DNA of 64,000 nt from Thermodesulfobacteriota bacterium. Lineage in GTDB: Bacteria > Desulfobacterota_D > UBA1144 > Nemesobacterales > Nemesobacteraceae. The notes beneath the pieces are model-generated. The model made no database searches. It saw nothing but the letters and a program-made list of their open reading frames with translations, and was not told the origin of the DNA. The stretch covers positions 1,497,995-1,561,994 of the forward strand of contig OZ242002.1 in the NCBI GenBank assembly GCA_965204665.1, given 5' to 3'. Made by a program: the position numbers and the translations under genes. Positions 28,673 to 39,124 of this stretch are shown piece by piece; positions within the stretch are counted from its first letter, which is position 1; each line of letters opens with the position of its first letter.

Positions 28673-29725
28673 TCAGTTCTCCACGGATTCAAGTATTCTG
28701 TCCGCGATTTCCGAAAAGGCCCCAGCGGCGGCACTTCCGGGGTTCGACTCGACAATCGGGGTTCCCTGGTCGCCCCCGATTCGGATGCGTGGGTCAATCG
28801 GGATTTCTCCGAGAAACGGGACCTCGAATTTCTCCGCCATGCGTCTTCCTCCACCTCTGCCGAATATGTCGACTTTTCCTCCTTCAAGACCCGGCACATC
28901 GAGATAACTCATATTCTCGACTATTCCGAGGATAGGGATGTTGAGCTTGTTGAACATGAGTATTCCCCTTCTGACATCCACCAGAGCCACATCCTGCGGG
29001 GTCGTAACTATAACCCCTCCGCTTATAGGTGCTGTCTGAGCGATGGAGAGTTGAGCGTCACCGGTTCCCGGAGGAAGGTCGATTACCATATAGTTCGTAT
29101 CTGTCCATTCGACATCTTCAACGAACTGTTTTATCGCTCCGTGAACCATCGGCCCCCTCCATATAACCGCTTCCTCTTCATCTATTAGAAAACCGATGGA
29201 CATCACCTTGAGACCGAATTTCTGTATGGGGATAATCTTGTCGTCGGAAGTTGTGCGGGGTTTCTCGCTTATTCCCATCATAAGAGGGGCGCTTGGACCC
29301 CAGATGTCAGCGTCCAGAAGTCCTACTTTCCGTCTTTTTTTTGATATAGAAAGAGATATATTGGTGGCTACCGTAGATTTGCCGACCCCTCCCTTGCCGC
29401 TTGCGACGGCTATATAATATTGAACATCAGGGAGTTTTTTTTTCTTCTCTCCGTTTGAGTCTGTGTCCATGCGCTTCTGCGGCCGTGACCCGATCTTCAG
29501 AGAGAGGTTCTCGACTCCGGACAACCCGAAAACGGCTTTTTTCACAGCATCTTCTATTTCTGTTCGAATCTTCTTATCCGGTTTAGGCAGTACAAGGCTG
29601 ATAGTTACGGCTGACCCTTCCAACTCGATATCCTTTACCAGGCCGAAAGACACTATATCCCTGCTGAAACCCGGATAGTTCACTCCTTTCAGAACTTTAA
29701 TTATCCTTTCTCTAGTTATATCCAT
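28673..29725 (-). CDS. apbC: Mrp/ApbC/NBP35-family Fe-S cluster carrier ATPase
   Basis: Deviant Walker A SGKGGVGKST, N-terminal DUF59-like domain, CxxC region. Confidence 0.9.
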   Translation of the reverse strand: MDITRERIIKVLKGVNYPGFSRDIVSFGLVKDIELEGSAVTISLVLPKPDKKIRTEIEDAVKKAVFGLSGVENLSLKIGSRPQKRMDTDSNGEKKKKLPDVQYYIAVASGKGGVGKSTVATNISLSISKKRRKVGLLDADIWGPSAPLMMGISEKPRTTSDDKIIPIQKFGLKVMSIGFLIDEEEAVIWRGPMVHGAIKQFVEDVEWTDTNYMVIDLPPGTGDAQLSIAQTAPISGGVIVTTPQDVALVDVRRGILMFNKLNIPILGIVENMSYLDVPGLEGGKVDIFGRGGGRRMAEKFEVPFLGEIPIDPRIRIGGDQGTPIVESNPGSAAAGAFSEIADRILESVEN

Positions 29726-29736
29726 TCGTATTTGCC

Positions 29737-30141
29737 TTACTCAAGACCCAGTTTCTTTTTACCTTCTTCAGATATCATGTCGGGATTCCAAGGAGGGTCC
29801 CAGATCACTTCTACAAGAACATTGTCGGCCCCTGCATTCTTTACTGCCGCCTCCGTCTGACCCGCTATATGGGCACCCATCGCACAGCCGGGGGTGGTGA
29901 GCGTCATTTTGATATGGACATTACGTCCCGAGATTTTCGTATCGTAGATAAGACCCAAGTCCACTACGCTCACCGGAAGTTCAGGGTCATAAACTTCCTT
30001 GAGTGCTCTATGGACAATTTCTTCCGTCAGTTCAACGGCAGCTTCTGTCTTTTTCTTGTCTGAAAACTTGGTGAAAGATATGGAACTCTTGCTCTCCTGT
30101 GATTTGCCCTTGTCTATCTGTATTATTTTTTTAATCGCCAT
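29737..30141 (-). CDS. DUF59/MIP18 (SufT-like) Fe-S assembly protein with K/S-rich N-terminal extension
   Basis: DPELPVSVVDLGLIY...TLTTPGCAMG motif. Confidence 0.7.
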   Translation of the reverse strand: MAIKKIIQIDKGKSQESKSSISFTKFSDKKKTEAAVELTEEIVHRALKEVYDPELPVSVVDLGLIYDTKISGRNVHIKMTLTTPGCAMGAHIAGQTEAAVKNAGADNVLVEVIWDPPWNPDMISEEGKKKLGLE

Positions 30142-30259
30142 GAATCATGTCTCCCGTTGAAAAATACCGCACAGTACCTTTTGTAACTCCGTGTATAAGA
30201 TAAAATCTAACTGAAAATTTGTCCGATGCGGAAATCCGGTCTGGAATTTCAGGTAGAGC

Positions 30260-30287
30260 ATTATAAAGTTTTGACCAAGATGGTCAA
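30260..30287 (-). promoter_or_regulatory. Near-consensus sigma70 promoter (TTGACC-N16-TATAAT) overlapped by a 7-3-7 palindrome ttgaccaAGAtggtcaa
   Basis: Read on the minus strand toward DUF59-apbC. The palindrome coincides with the -35 element, which is an operator-like arrangement. Confidence 0.45.
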
Positions 30288-30475
30288 AAAGAGACCTGTA
30301 AGAAGCGGCTGCGGACAGAGTGGGCCGACATCGACCTTGAATGGACCGTTCAAAGGCGGCGCGCGGTAATTTTTTGCATGATGAACCAGGAAAAAATCGG
30401 ATTTTTTCCAGACCTGCGGTGGTGAAAACTAAACTCGGAATTTAGACAAAACTCTTTTCAGCATATGATTTTCCA

Positions 30476-33400
30476 TTGAGAATAATCTATCATCCCAAGA
30501 AGTTTTCCTTTAAACATATTTTTCATAGGTACGGGCTTTGTCCCAGCGACGAGTCCGCTGTTTTTCTGCTGCCCGGAGTTTCTGTTGTACAGGAAATAGA
30601 GGATTACTACTGCGACAGAGGCATCTGGGGAAAAACCCTGATCACCTTCAAAGAGATCTCGGATAGGGTAAACGAAATATCTCCGAACCTTAAGAAAAGG
30701 ACTGTATCAGGCACTCAATCTCTTGCAGTCACAGGAGCGGCTGCGAGTTCGGTTTCAGATGAACTCGGAATTTTCGGGAAGTTTTCTCAGAATCAGGATT
30801 TTCTTTTTTCCACGGAGTCGATTATATCAAGACTCAAACATTGCGAAGTCTCTCCGGAGATGTTTCTGAGCGTTGCGGAGAAAATAAAAGATACGCGGCT
30901 GCGAGAGAGAATCTCCGATATAGGGCTTGTTTACGGACAATACGAAAAAATTCTCACGAGCGGAAATTTTCTTGATGAAGCGGATGCGCTGGGGTACGTC
31001 TCGCGGGAAATTGACCGTGTCGGTCTTACGCCTTTTCTACCTTCTGTGGAAAGACTGGTCATATTTGGTTTTTCTGCTTTCACACCCCTTGAACTTCGTC
31101 TGATAAGGAGTTTGTCCGAAGCGGTTTCGGAAACTTTTTTCTTTATATGCGATTTCGGGGACCTTCGCGAGTGTCGGGACGGTTTTTTCAGTACGCTTTC
31201 AGGATTGTCAATTCCTTTTGATGAAGACCGCAGCATGCTTGCCGAAGACTGCGGGACTGCGGTTAGAAAGGAATTCCGCGAGTTTCGAGACACCTATGAT
31301 GAGATTGAATGGGTAGCGAAACGGATCAAGACGCTTGTTGTTGATGAAGGACGCAGACCGTGCGATTTCCGAATTCTTGTCGACCTTTCACAAAAACGGG
31401 GTAATTCCGTGGCTGCTGTATTTGAAAAGAACGGGCTTGCGTTTGATATTCGCGGCTCACAAACCCTAGCTGAAACCGTTTACGGAAGAATTACGAAAGA
31501 TATCCTGAATCTCAGGCATAGTAATTTTCACAGAAACAACCTCATGAGACTGCTCCGCAGCCCTCTTTTTTCTCTTTACTTGGGAAAAAACAGTCAGGCG
31601 GATCTCTTTGCGATGAGTATAGAGAACATGTCTTCCGCTGCCGGTTCGTTACGAACGGTAAACGGCATTTCGGGCTGGATGAAAATTCTTGATTGCATTG
31701 ACGGACAGCATGGAGACCGGTGCGAGATGACGGAGAAGATGCGCAAAGCTCTCAGTCTTATATCGTCCGGTTTTTCCGGGAAGAGTTTTTCCGGACTCAC
31801 TTCCGATTTAGGAAAGATTCTTTCTGAACTTCGTGTTTCCAGGAGTTCCGAGGTTCTCATGGAAAGAGAGGATGTCTCCCGGGAGTCATTTGACGAGTTT
31901 TCCTCATTTCTCAGGGACATTTCATTTTTCTACGGACAGTTTGATTTTCAGGTTTCCGGTCTGGGGGAATACATAGTGTTTCTTGACGAAATGATGAGGC
32001 GAAAAACCATTCCCCGTAAAACTCCCTGCAATTCTCTTTCCGACAGGGTAAGGGTTGGAGATTTTCATTCCGCACATGGGGTGAATACGCCGTTTATTTT
32101 CTTAATCGGTCTTTGTGAATCCGTGTTTCCCTCCTCCCGGTCGCCGGACCCTGTTCTGAGGCAGAGCGAAAAAACATATGTGAACAGACTGCTCGGGAAA
32201 GATGTGTTTGAGAAGGAAAGTCTTCGATATGAAAGGGAAAAGCATCTTTTTTCCGTTCTTGCGGAAGCGGCGGAAGAGAAAGTCTTCTTTTCCTGGTTTC
32301 GCCGAAGTATGAATTCGGACGAGATAAGACGTTCGGACTTTCTTGAGGAAACAGAAGGTTTTTTCGTTGAGAATGACTTCTCCAAGACACCCGAGGTATG
32401 CGGGATGTTTTCCCGGGAAGATATTCTCCGATACTGCGTTCCGTCTGCAGAGACGGTTCCGCATGCGGACGAGGTTTCAAGACAGTATTACGGGTTCGAC
32501 CTTGCGGATGCTCTCAGAACAGGTGCGCTTGCGGAAAGGCGGAGACTTGAAGTTTCCGGGACATACTCCCGGTTTGAAGGAATGGTAAGTCTGCCCGTAG
32601 CGACTGAAAGTACATTCTCCGCTACTCAGTTTGAAACCTACGGAACATGTCCCTTCATGTATTTCTCTAAAAAAATACTCGGGCTCTCTTCCCTTCAGAA
32701 ACCGGAGGAACTGGCCTCGTCTCAACTTGATTTAGGCTCTATCGCCCACAAAATTCTCGGGGAACTTATGGAAGAAATTTTTCGCACGGGGCCCGGCGGC
32801 GTAAATACCGACCGCATTCTCGAAATCTACCGGAACATAAAGAAATCATATGTCTCGGAACCCGCTTTTTCTCATCTTCCCGGAGCCCTTTCCGATGTGG
32901 AGAAAAAAAGGTTTTTTGAAGTTGTAATGCCGGATTTCATTTTAGATGAAGTGGAGAACATCAAACGCAGCAAGGCGCTTCCGGTACTTTTTGAAAAAGA
33001 ATTCGCTTTTTATCTGAGAAACGGAGAAATCAGGGGAAAAATAGACAGAGTTGATGTAATCAAGGACGAACACGGGGAAAAGGCTCTGGTCATTGATTAC
33101 AAAATCGGAAGCGTGCGGAACAAGAAATTCTATGACTACAAAAACCTGCAACTGCCTCTGTATATGCGGGTTCTTCAGTCGGAAGTGAAATATCATGTGT
33201 TTGGCGGCTGCTACCTTTCCATAGGAAAACCGGAGGAAAATATCAGTCGCACGGGCGCCTCTGAAAAAGTCATGTTGAAAAGTCAAAAGGATGTGATCGA
33301 TATGGTGGAAGATTATCTGGAGAAAATAAAGGAAGGCTTTTTCCCCCCTTATGTGGGAGAGAAGGGCGGACACAGAAATGTGCACCAGCTTCGGATGCCT

Positions 33401-33481
33401 GACGGACCGCCCTGCTCCTACTGCGATTACTCGGACCTCTGCAGGGTGAAGGAAGGAGTAATCAGAAAAGTCGAGCAGTAA
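30476..33481 (+). CDS. AddB/RexB-like helicase-nuclease subunit (degenerate helicase, C-terminal PD-(D/E)xK nuclease with Cys cluster)
   Basis: C-terminal GKIDRVD...IDYKIG nuclease motif and CSYCDYSDLC. No Walker A at the N-terminus. TTG start is uncertain. Confidence 0.65.
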   Translation: MRIIYHPKKFSFKHIFHRYGLCPSDESAVFLLPGVSVVQEIEDYYCDRGIWGKTLITFKEISDRVNEISPNLKKRTVSGTQSLAVTGAAASSVSDELGIFGKFSQNQDFLFSTESIISRLKHCEVSPEMFLSVAEKIKDTRLRERISDIGLVYGQYEKILTSGNFLDEADALGYVSREIDRVGLTPFLPSVERLVIFGFSAFTPLELRLIRSLSEAVSETFFFICDFGDLRECRDGFFSTLSGLSIPFDEDRSMLAEDCGTAVRKEFREFRDTYDEIEWVAKRIKTLVVDEGRRPCDFRILVDLSQKRGNSVAAVFEKNGLAFDIRGSQTLAETVYGRITKDILNLRHSNFHRNNLMRLLRSPLFSLYLGKNSQADLFAMSIENMSSAAGSLRTVNGISGWMKILDCIDGQHGDRCEMTEKMRKALSLISSGFSGKSFSGLTSDLGKILSELRVSRSSEVLMEREDVSRESFDEFSSFLRDISFFYGQFDFQVSGLGEYIVFLDEMMRRKTIPRKTPCNSLSDRVRVGDFHSAHGVNTPFIFLIGLCESVFPSSRSPDPVLRQSEKTYVNRLLGKDVFEKESLRYEREKHLFSVLAEAAEEKVFFSWFRRSMNSDEIRRSDFLEETEGFFVENDFSKTPEVCGMFSREDILRYCVPSAETVPHADEVSRQYYGFDLADALRTGALAERRRLEVSGTYSRFEGMVSLPVATESTFSATQFETYGTCPFMYFSKKILGLSSLQKPEELASSQLDLGSIAHKILGELMEEIFRTGPGGVNTDRILEIYRNIKKSYVSEPAFSHLPGALSDVEKKRFFEVVMPDFILDEVENIKRSKALPVLFEKEFAFYLRNGEIRGKIDRVDVIKDEHGEKALVIDYKIGSVRNKKFYDYKNLQLPLYMRVLQSEVKYHVFGGCYLSIGKPEENISRTGASEKVMLKSQKDVIDMVEDYLEKIKEGFFPPYVGEKGGHRNVHQLRMPDGPPCSYCDYSDLCRVKEGVIRKVEQ

Positions 33482-33493
33482 CGAGAACAGATC

Positions 33494-36400
33494 ATGCAGA
33501 GAATTTCAGAATTCTTCAACTTGAGCAGCGAACAGAACCGCATACTTCTTCCCGAAAGAAAAATCGCGGTCAGCGCCGGCGCCGGATCAGGTAAAACAAG
33601 AGCGATAACGGCCAGATATCTTGGAACTCTTGAAAGCGGGGAATCTGATATTGCTCAGATAGCGACTGTGACGTTTACAGAGAACGCCGCGGCGGAACTT
33701 AAGTCCAGGATAAGCTCCGAGATCTCAAGATATATAAAGGTTTTCGGGCACTGTGGAAACATAGCGCCCGGATGGCGCTATAAAATCGCCTCAGCTCCAA
33801 TAGGAACCATTCACAGTTTCTGCGGAAGGATATTGAGGGAGAACATATTCAGGTCTGATCTGTCGCTGAACCCGTCTGTTCTCGTCGGTAGGGAATTGCA
33901 GGATTTCCGCAGACGCGCCATAGCCAGATTTCTGCTCTCGGAAATCGAAAGCGGTTCCGAGCGGACGAAGAGACTGCTTGAGATTGAGTCCCAGAATTTC
34001 GGCGAAGTTCTCAGAACTCTGATCTTGATACTTGACAACGCCGCAAGATTCCACATCCCGCCTCCCTTTTCAGTCTATCAGCACGAAGTGCATGAGAAAT
34101 ACTGGAATTCAGAACTCACTTCCTCTGAACTCGGACAGATGAACGAGGAACTTAAAACAAGTATCGAAAAATATATTGAGAATCTTTCCGACAGGTCGGA
34201 GAAAAAGAAACAGGCTCTTTATAATTTCTGTCGCAAAATAGACCTGAATCTCGGAATTCATGCGAATATTCGTTATCTGAACGGTATCTACAGACAGGTG
34301 AAATCGCCGCCCGCTTCTCCGACTGTAGGGGACGACAGGTCGAAGTCGCGGCATCTGCTGATGGAGAATATCTTTTCGATTATGAGACATTACCATTCGG
34401 ATGTCACCTCGCTTTATCTTGATCTTGCCTCGTGCGCGTACGAGTTTCTCTCGGATATAAAAACTTCCGAGGAAAAAATAGAGCATGAAGATACGATTCT
34501 CTTCACAATCAGGATTTTTGAAGAAAACCCCGACATACTAAAACACTACAAAGAATCCCTGAAATTGATAATAGTCGATGAATTCCAAGACACGGACTCT
34601 CTTCAGTTGAAACTGATGGATATTCTTTGCTCGGGACCCACATGCCCCGAACTGATTGTCGTCGGAGATTTCAATCAGTCGATATACGGTTTCCGGGGAG
34701 CACAACCTGAGATGTTCGCCTCGGTGCTCAGTGATGGGGATTATAAAAAAGCGTCTATTTCCACCAACTACCGGTCAAGTTCTGCTCTGCTGAAGTTCTT
34801 CAATGCTTTTTTCACCGAAATATTCCCGCAGGGAACCTATGATCCGATGTCGTCTCCTTGCACAGTTCGAGAGAATAACAATTCAGACCGTCCGGTGGAA
34901 ATGATGTTCGTGGGCTCGTATTCATCCAAGAACAGTGGAAGAATGGAAAAGGAGGCGCACATGGTAGCGGTAAGGGTAAAGGAATTACAGAAAACTTCCT
35001 CCGGAACAACCGCGCTTCTGTTCAGAAGGGGGTCTAATGTCGCTGTTTATGAAAAGGCTCTTATGAAAGAAGGTGTGAGGTTTCAGTCTCGCGTAGGACA
35101 CGGTTTTTACGGACTTGCCGAAGTGAGAGATGTCGTGTCCATGCTCAGGTATTTCCTTAATCCACTGGATGAACTGGCGGAGGCGGTGATCCTCAGGTCA
35201 CCTTACTTCGGCGCATCCGATAATGAGTTGTTTGTGCATTTCTGCCGTGAAGCCGAGAAGGAGAATTCCCCGATTGCCCGATACCTTCGTTTCCTTCATG
35301 AGAAAAGAGAAGAGTATCTGACGGGAGAAACTTTCCGGGCGGTCGATTTTGTTGTAAACGGTCTGGGATATTATGCAGCGGCGCTTGCTCTTCCTGACGG
35401 TAAAACTACATGTCTTAACCTTAAAAAATTTCTTCAGATAGCAGAAGACCTTGTTGCGGAAAAGGGATATGGTCTTCATCAAATAGTCGAGCATTTTGAT
35501 TTTCTGCACCGGAGCAGGGAGGAAGACCAGGAATTTGAGGAGGTACAGGATGAGGGAGTGGTGAAGGTCATGACCGTTCACGCAGCCAAAGGACTTGAAT
35601 TCGACAACGTCTTTCTCTGCGATACCAACTATCGGAAAAACGTTATCACCGAAAGGGTTATGGCGGACCCGGAAAAAGGGTTCGTGGTGAGGTATCCCGC
35701 CTGCTCGTCGGATGTCTGGGAGGAACTTAAATCACGGATCGAACAGAGAGAGGCCGAGGAGGAAAAAAGAAACCTATATGTGGCTATGACCAGAGCTAGG
35801 CGGAGGCTTTTTATAAGCTGCTGCGCCAGAGTGTATAAAACGCCTCCCCGGAAAGGTGAACTCATTATCGAGGAAGGCAGTTTCGCCGGCTTTATTGCTG
35901 ACACATGTTCGAAGTTCGAAGATTCATCGACGCCGACCAATGTTCTGTCTATGTGGATGACCAAGAAGGAAATTCTTTTTGATGACCCGATGGACGAGGA
36001 AGATGCGAAGAATGTTTCTGAGGAGAAGAGTTCTGTTTTTTCTGAACAAGAACAAATAAATCCAGTCGAGTTCAGATATCTTGATGCCGTATACGAAAAA
36101 AATAACGAACGGCGGAAACACCCGAATCTTCCCGACCTTTTTTCCCGAACTGACCGCAGGGACGCGGCAAGGCTTGGAAGCATAATGCACAGGTTTCTTG
36201 AAATCTGGGATTTTCAGGAAAAGACCGCGGCCAGGGAAATTGAATTTGTCCTGAGGGAGTTTCTAGCATCGAATCTCGAAGTGAAAAAAATGCTGAAGGA
36301 TCTTTCATCCGCTTTTCTCGGATCAGAGATTCTTTTTTTTCTTGCGGACGCAGTTCGGATAAGAAAGGAACTTAAGTTCGTTATCGCTGACCAGGAGAAC

Positions 36401-36622
36401 CGTAAAACTCCGAAAAGCGGAAGAATAGACCTGCTTACGGAAGAAAAATGCGGCTTGCGTCTTTTTGACTACAAATACATGGAATCAATGAATGCCGCCG
36501 CGCAGGAGGATTATAAAAGGCAGATGGACGGATACTGCGAAGCCATAGCTCGGAGATTTTCAAAACCACTTCTCTCCCGCCACTTAGTTCTTATACCTAA
36601 GGTGGAACTTGTTTCCATATAG
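33494..36622 (+). CDS. AddA/RecB-like UvrD-family helicase with C-terminal RecB nuclease
   Basis: Walker A AGAGSGKTRAIT, DEFQDTD motif II, C-terminal GRIDLL...DYKY nuclease motif. A 13 nt gap from the previous gene suggests an operon. Confidence 0.85.
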   Translation: MQRISEFFNLSSEQNRILLPERKIAVSAGAGSGKTRAITARYLGTLESGESDIAQIATVTFTENAAAELKSRISSEISRYIKVFGHCGNIAPGWRYKIASAPIGTIHSFCGRILRENIFRSDLSLNPSVLVGRELQDFRRRAIARFLLSEIESGSERTKRLLEIESQNFGEVLRTLILILDNAARFHIPPPFSVYQHEVHEKYWNSELTSSELGQMNEELKTSIEKYIENLSDRSEKKKQALYNFCRKIDLNLGIHANIRYLNGIYRQVKSPPASPTVGDDRSKSRHLLMENIFSIMRHYHSDVTSLYLDLASCAYEFLSDIKTSEEKIEHEDTILFTIRIFEENPDILKHYKESLKLIIVDEFQDTDSLQLKLMDILCSGPTCPELIVVGDFNQSIYGFRGAQPEMFASVLSDGDYKKASISTNYRSSSALLKFFNAFFTEIFPQGTYDPMSSPCTVRENNNSDRPVEMMFVGSYSSKNSGRMEKEAHMVAVRVKELQKTSSGTTALLFRRGSNVAVYEKALMKEGVRFQSRVGHGFYGLAEVRDVVSMLRYFLNPLDELAEAVILRSPYFGASDNELFVHFCREAEKENSPIARYLRFLHEKREEYLTGETFRAVDFVVNGLGYYAAALALPDGKTTCLNLKKFLQIAEDLVAEKGYGLHQIVEHFDFLHRSREEDQEFEEVQDEGVVKVMTVHAAKGLEFDNVFLCDTNYRKNVITERVMADPEKGFVVRYPACSSDVWEELKSRIEQREAEEEKRNLYVAMTRARRRLFISCCARVYKTPPRKGELIIEEGSFAGFIADTCSKFEDSSTPTNVLSMWMTKKEILFDDPMDEEDAKNVSEEKSSVFSEQEQINPVEFRYLDAVYEKNNERRKHPNLPDLFSRTDRRDAARLGSIMHRFLEIWDFQEKTAAREIEFVLREFLASNLEVKKMLKDLSSAFLGSEILFFLADAVRIRKELKFVIADQENRKTPKSGRIDLLTEEKCGLRLFDYKYMESMNAAAQEDYKRQMDGYCEAIARRFSKPLLSRHLVLIPKVELVSI

Positions 36623-36628
36623 AGTCCT

Positions 36629-37321
36629 GTGAAGAAAACAGTTGTGATCATTCCTGCGCTTAACGAAGAGCATTCCATAGGACGGGTGATAGATGATATT
36701 CCCCGAGAGCTCATAACCGAGGTATTGGTTGTGAACAACGGTTCGACCGACTCCACTGCGCATGTTGCTTCGAGGTGTGGAGCCACTGTTGTAGATGAGT
36801 GTACAAGAGGTTACGGACAAGCTTGTCTTACAGGAATAAATTACATTAAAAACTCTTCTTATCTACCTGATATAATAGTGTTTCTGGATGCGGACTACTC
36901 TGACTATCCGCAGGAGATGAAAGATCTTCTTCTTCCTATAACCGATGGAGATTACGATATGGTTATAGGGTCAAGAACTATTGGTAAGAGGGAGAGTGGA
37001 TCTCTTCTGCCGCAGGCCGTCGCGGGCAACTATTTGGCTACAAGACTCATAAGACTGTTCTACCGCGCAGATTTCACCGACCTCGGTCCTTTCAGAGCCA
37101 TAAAATACCAAAAACTTCTTTCCCTTGATATGCAGGACAAAACCTTCGGGTGGACGGTCGAAATGCAGATAAAAGCCGCAAAGAAAGGACTGCGTTGTAT
37201 GGAGGTGCCTGTAAGTTACAGAAAGAGAACAGGTAAATCCAAAATAACCGGGACTGTTTCTGGAAGCATCGCCGCATCTGTGAAAATTATCTGGATGATA
37301 TTCAGACAGCTCTTTTCGTAA
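36629..37321 (+). CDS. Family 2 glycosyltransferase (polyprenyl-phosphate sugar synthase, Dpm1-like)
   Basis: VIIPALNEE...VVNNGSTD...LDADYS DxD-type GT-A motifs. Confidence 0.85.
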   Translation: MKKTVVIIPALNEEHSIGRVIDDIPRELITEVLVVNNGSTDSTAHVASRCGATVVDECTRGYGQACLTGINYIKNSSYLPDIIVFLDADYSDYPQEMKDLLLPITDGDYDMVIGSRTIGKRESGSLLPQAVAGNYLATRLIRLFYRADFTDLGPFRAIKYQKLLSLDMQDKTFGWTVEMQIKAAKKGLRCMEVPVSYRKRTGKSKITGTVSGSIAASVKIIWMIFRQLFS

Positions 37322-37335
37322 GTTTTCCGGATGCG

Positions 37336-37409
37336 CGTCCCCGGCAGGATTCGAACCTGCGGCCTCAGGATTAGGAATCCTGCGCTCTATCCTGCTGAGC
37401 TACGGGGAC
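37336..37409 (-). tRNA. tRNA-Arg (anticodon CCT)
   Basis: Reverse complement GTCCCCGTAGCTCAGCAGGATAGAGCGCAGGATTCCTAATCCTG...GGTTCGAATCCTGCCGGGGACG. Confidence 0.85.
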
Positions 37410-37464
37410 TCTAGGATAAAAAGACGAATCTACCTGCTTGAGTTTTTGTTTCAAGAGAAATATA

Positions 37465-38223
37465 TCAGAACTCTATTTCGAATATTTCCGACCAATACTT
37501 CCCCGTGACAAAAAAAGTGTTGGAAGAAGACCTCCACGCAATGCCGTTCAGCACGCCGGCCCTTGAGGGAAGAGTCAGTCTTTTTCTAAGTTCCCCAAGG
37601 TTTATCTCTCTTTCCACAAAGCCTGTTTGTGTATTCACCTCAATTATCCTGTCGGAACCGTAGATATTACAGTATATTTTTGTTCCAGCGTATTCAAGTT
37701 CATTGATCAATTGTACCGATGTACCGTCTTTTCTCTTCACAAAAAGCGTCTTGTTCACTCTGAAATCCTCAGGTGAGACAAAATACAACTTGTCACTTCC
37801 GTCGCTCATAATGATTTCTCTTCCGTCATAAGTCAGCCCCCAACCTTCAGTGTGATATGAAAATGAGCCCTTCATATGCAAAGACTCTTTTTCATATATA
37901 AACCCTTTCTTCGATTTCCAAGTTAACTGATAGAGTCTATTCTCCACTAGCGCTAACCCTTCGCCGAATAATTTCGCCGCAAGTTTTTTCATCATAACTA
38001 CTTCGCCGGTTTTGATATCGGTTTTACGGAGGGTTGATTTTCCATAAATACCCGTGCTTTCATACATTAGGTTGTCATGGTAGAGAAGCCCTTGTGTGTA
38101 GGCGGTTGGGTCATGAGGAAAAGAGTTGATTATTCTGAAATCATCTTGCGGAGCTGCAGAACTAGGAGAAAAAATACAAGATGTAAACACTAGAAGCATA
38201 TGCAGAATGTTTTTCATGCCCAT
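37465..38223 (-). CDS. Secreted glutaminyl-peptide cyclotransferase-like beta-propeller protein
   Basis: Signal peptide, then DPTAYTQGLLY...YESTGIYGKSTLRKTD...TGEV blocks typical of bacterial/plant-type glutaminyl cyclase. Confidence 0.6.
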   Translation of the reverse strand: MGMKNILHMLLVFTSCIFSPSSAAPQDDFRIINSFPHDPTAYTQGLLYHDNLMYESTGIYGKSTLRKTDIKTGEVVMMKKLAAKLFGEGLALVENRLYQLTWKSKKGFIYEKESLHMKGSFSYHTEGWGLTYDGREIIMSDGSDKLYFVSPEDFRVNKTLFVKRKDGTSVQLINELEYAGTKIYCNIYGSDRIIEVNTQTGFVEREINLGELRKRLTLPSRAGVLNGIAWRSSSNTFFVTGKYWSEIFEIEF

Positions 38224-39124
38224 CTATTCTAAGCAATAAAACAATTTTTTCCGTGCACAAGGGATTTGTGCTGTTTTTGGTTCCTGTATCTTATCGCCCG
38301 TCGAACCAGGAGTTTTCAGTTGTTGTCTATTGTACAGATGCAGGCTGTTCTAAATGACAAAATTACGCCGAGCAGATCCTGTTTCCTTGCTGAGGCATTT
38401 TATCCCGAGTCCGAATTACGATCTGGGTGTCCCGAAACCGCTACCAACCGACAGTTATAAAGATTCCATCACGAGAACTGAATATTCTCGGGGCAGACCT
38501 CGACGGTGACGGAAACCGGCGTGCGTTATCAACTGCAGCGGCTGAAGCCTGACCCCAGAGAACATAACGTGGATTTACACACGACTGGAGCAGAGCATAT
38601 ATAATCTCTTCGGCGTTATTGTCGGCGAATGCGGGGGTGAGTCGACATGGGTCAGACGCGTGACGCATTGCGCACACTGATATATACCCCACTGCCGCCG
38701 GTCGGGAGGGAAATATTGGCTGAGCTCAGGGAGAATCTGGACACTCTGAAACTGGACTTCTCAGACCTCAATGCCTCCTGCGACATCAGGGCGCGGGCGT
38801 ATTCGGCGCTGAATACCGAATAACGATGGGATACAGGTTAAAAGCGAAAAAGCCGCCGAGTAAGAAGCCTTTTAACCGCGGGAAATCCTTGGCGACCAAT
38901 CACCGGAGCCTGCTGAAGAAAAAACAACGCGAGACGGCGGACTCAGTCTGCAATCTGGCAATTGAGACTGTGAGAGTATCAAGAGAAAGATCGTTAAAGA
39001 ATAAACCGATTGTCAGGAATACGTCTGTTTTTTTTGAAGGAACAGGTTGAAAATCTTCCGGATCAGGTTCTACACCCCCAAATCCGGTGTCATAATGTTG
39101 AAACAGGAGATTTCTACCCCCGTT

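Noticed and set aside
35629-36183. 184 aa antisense ORF within the AddA-like gene. Similar ORFs lie within AddB at 30931-32480.
   Set aside because: Sense-strand proteins carry Walker A, motif II and nuclease motifs. The antisense ORFs are S/R-rich noise.
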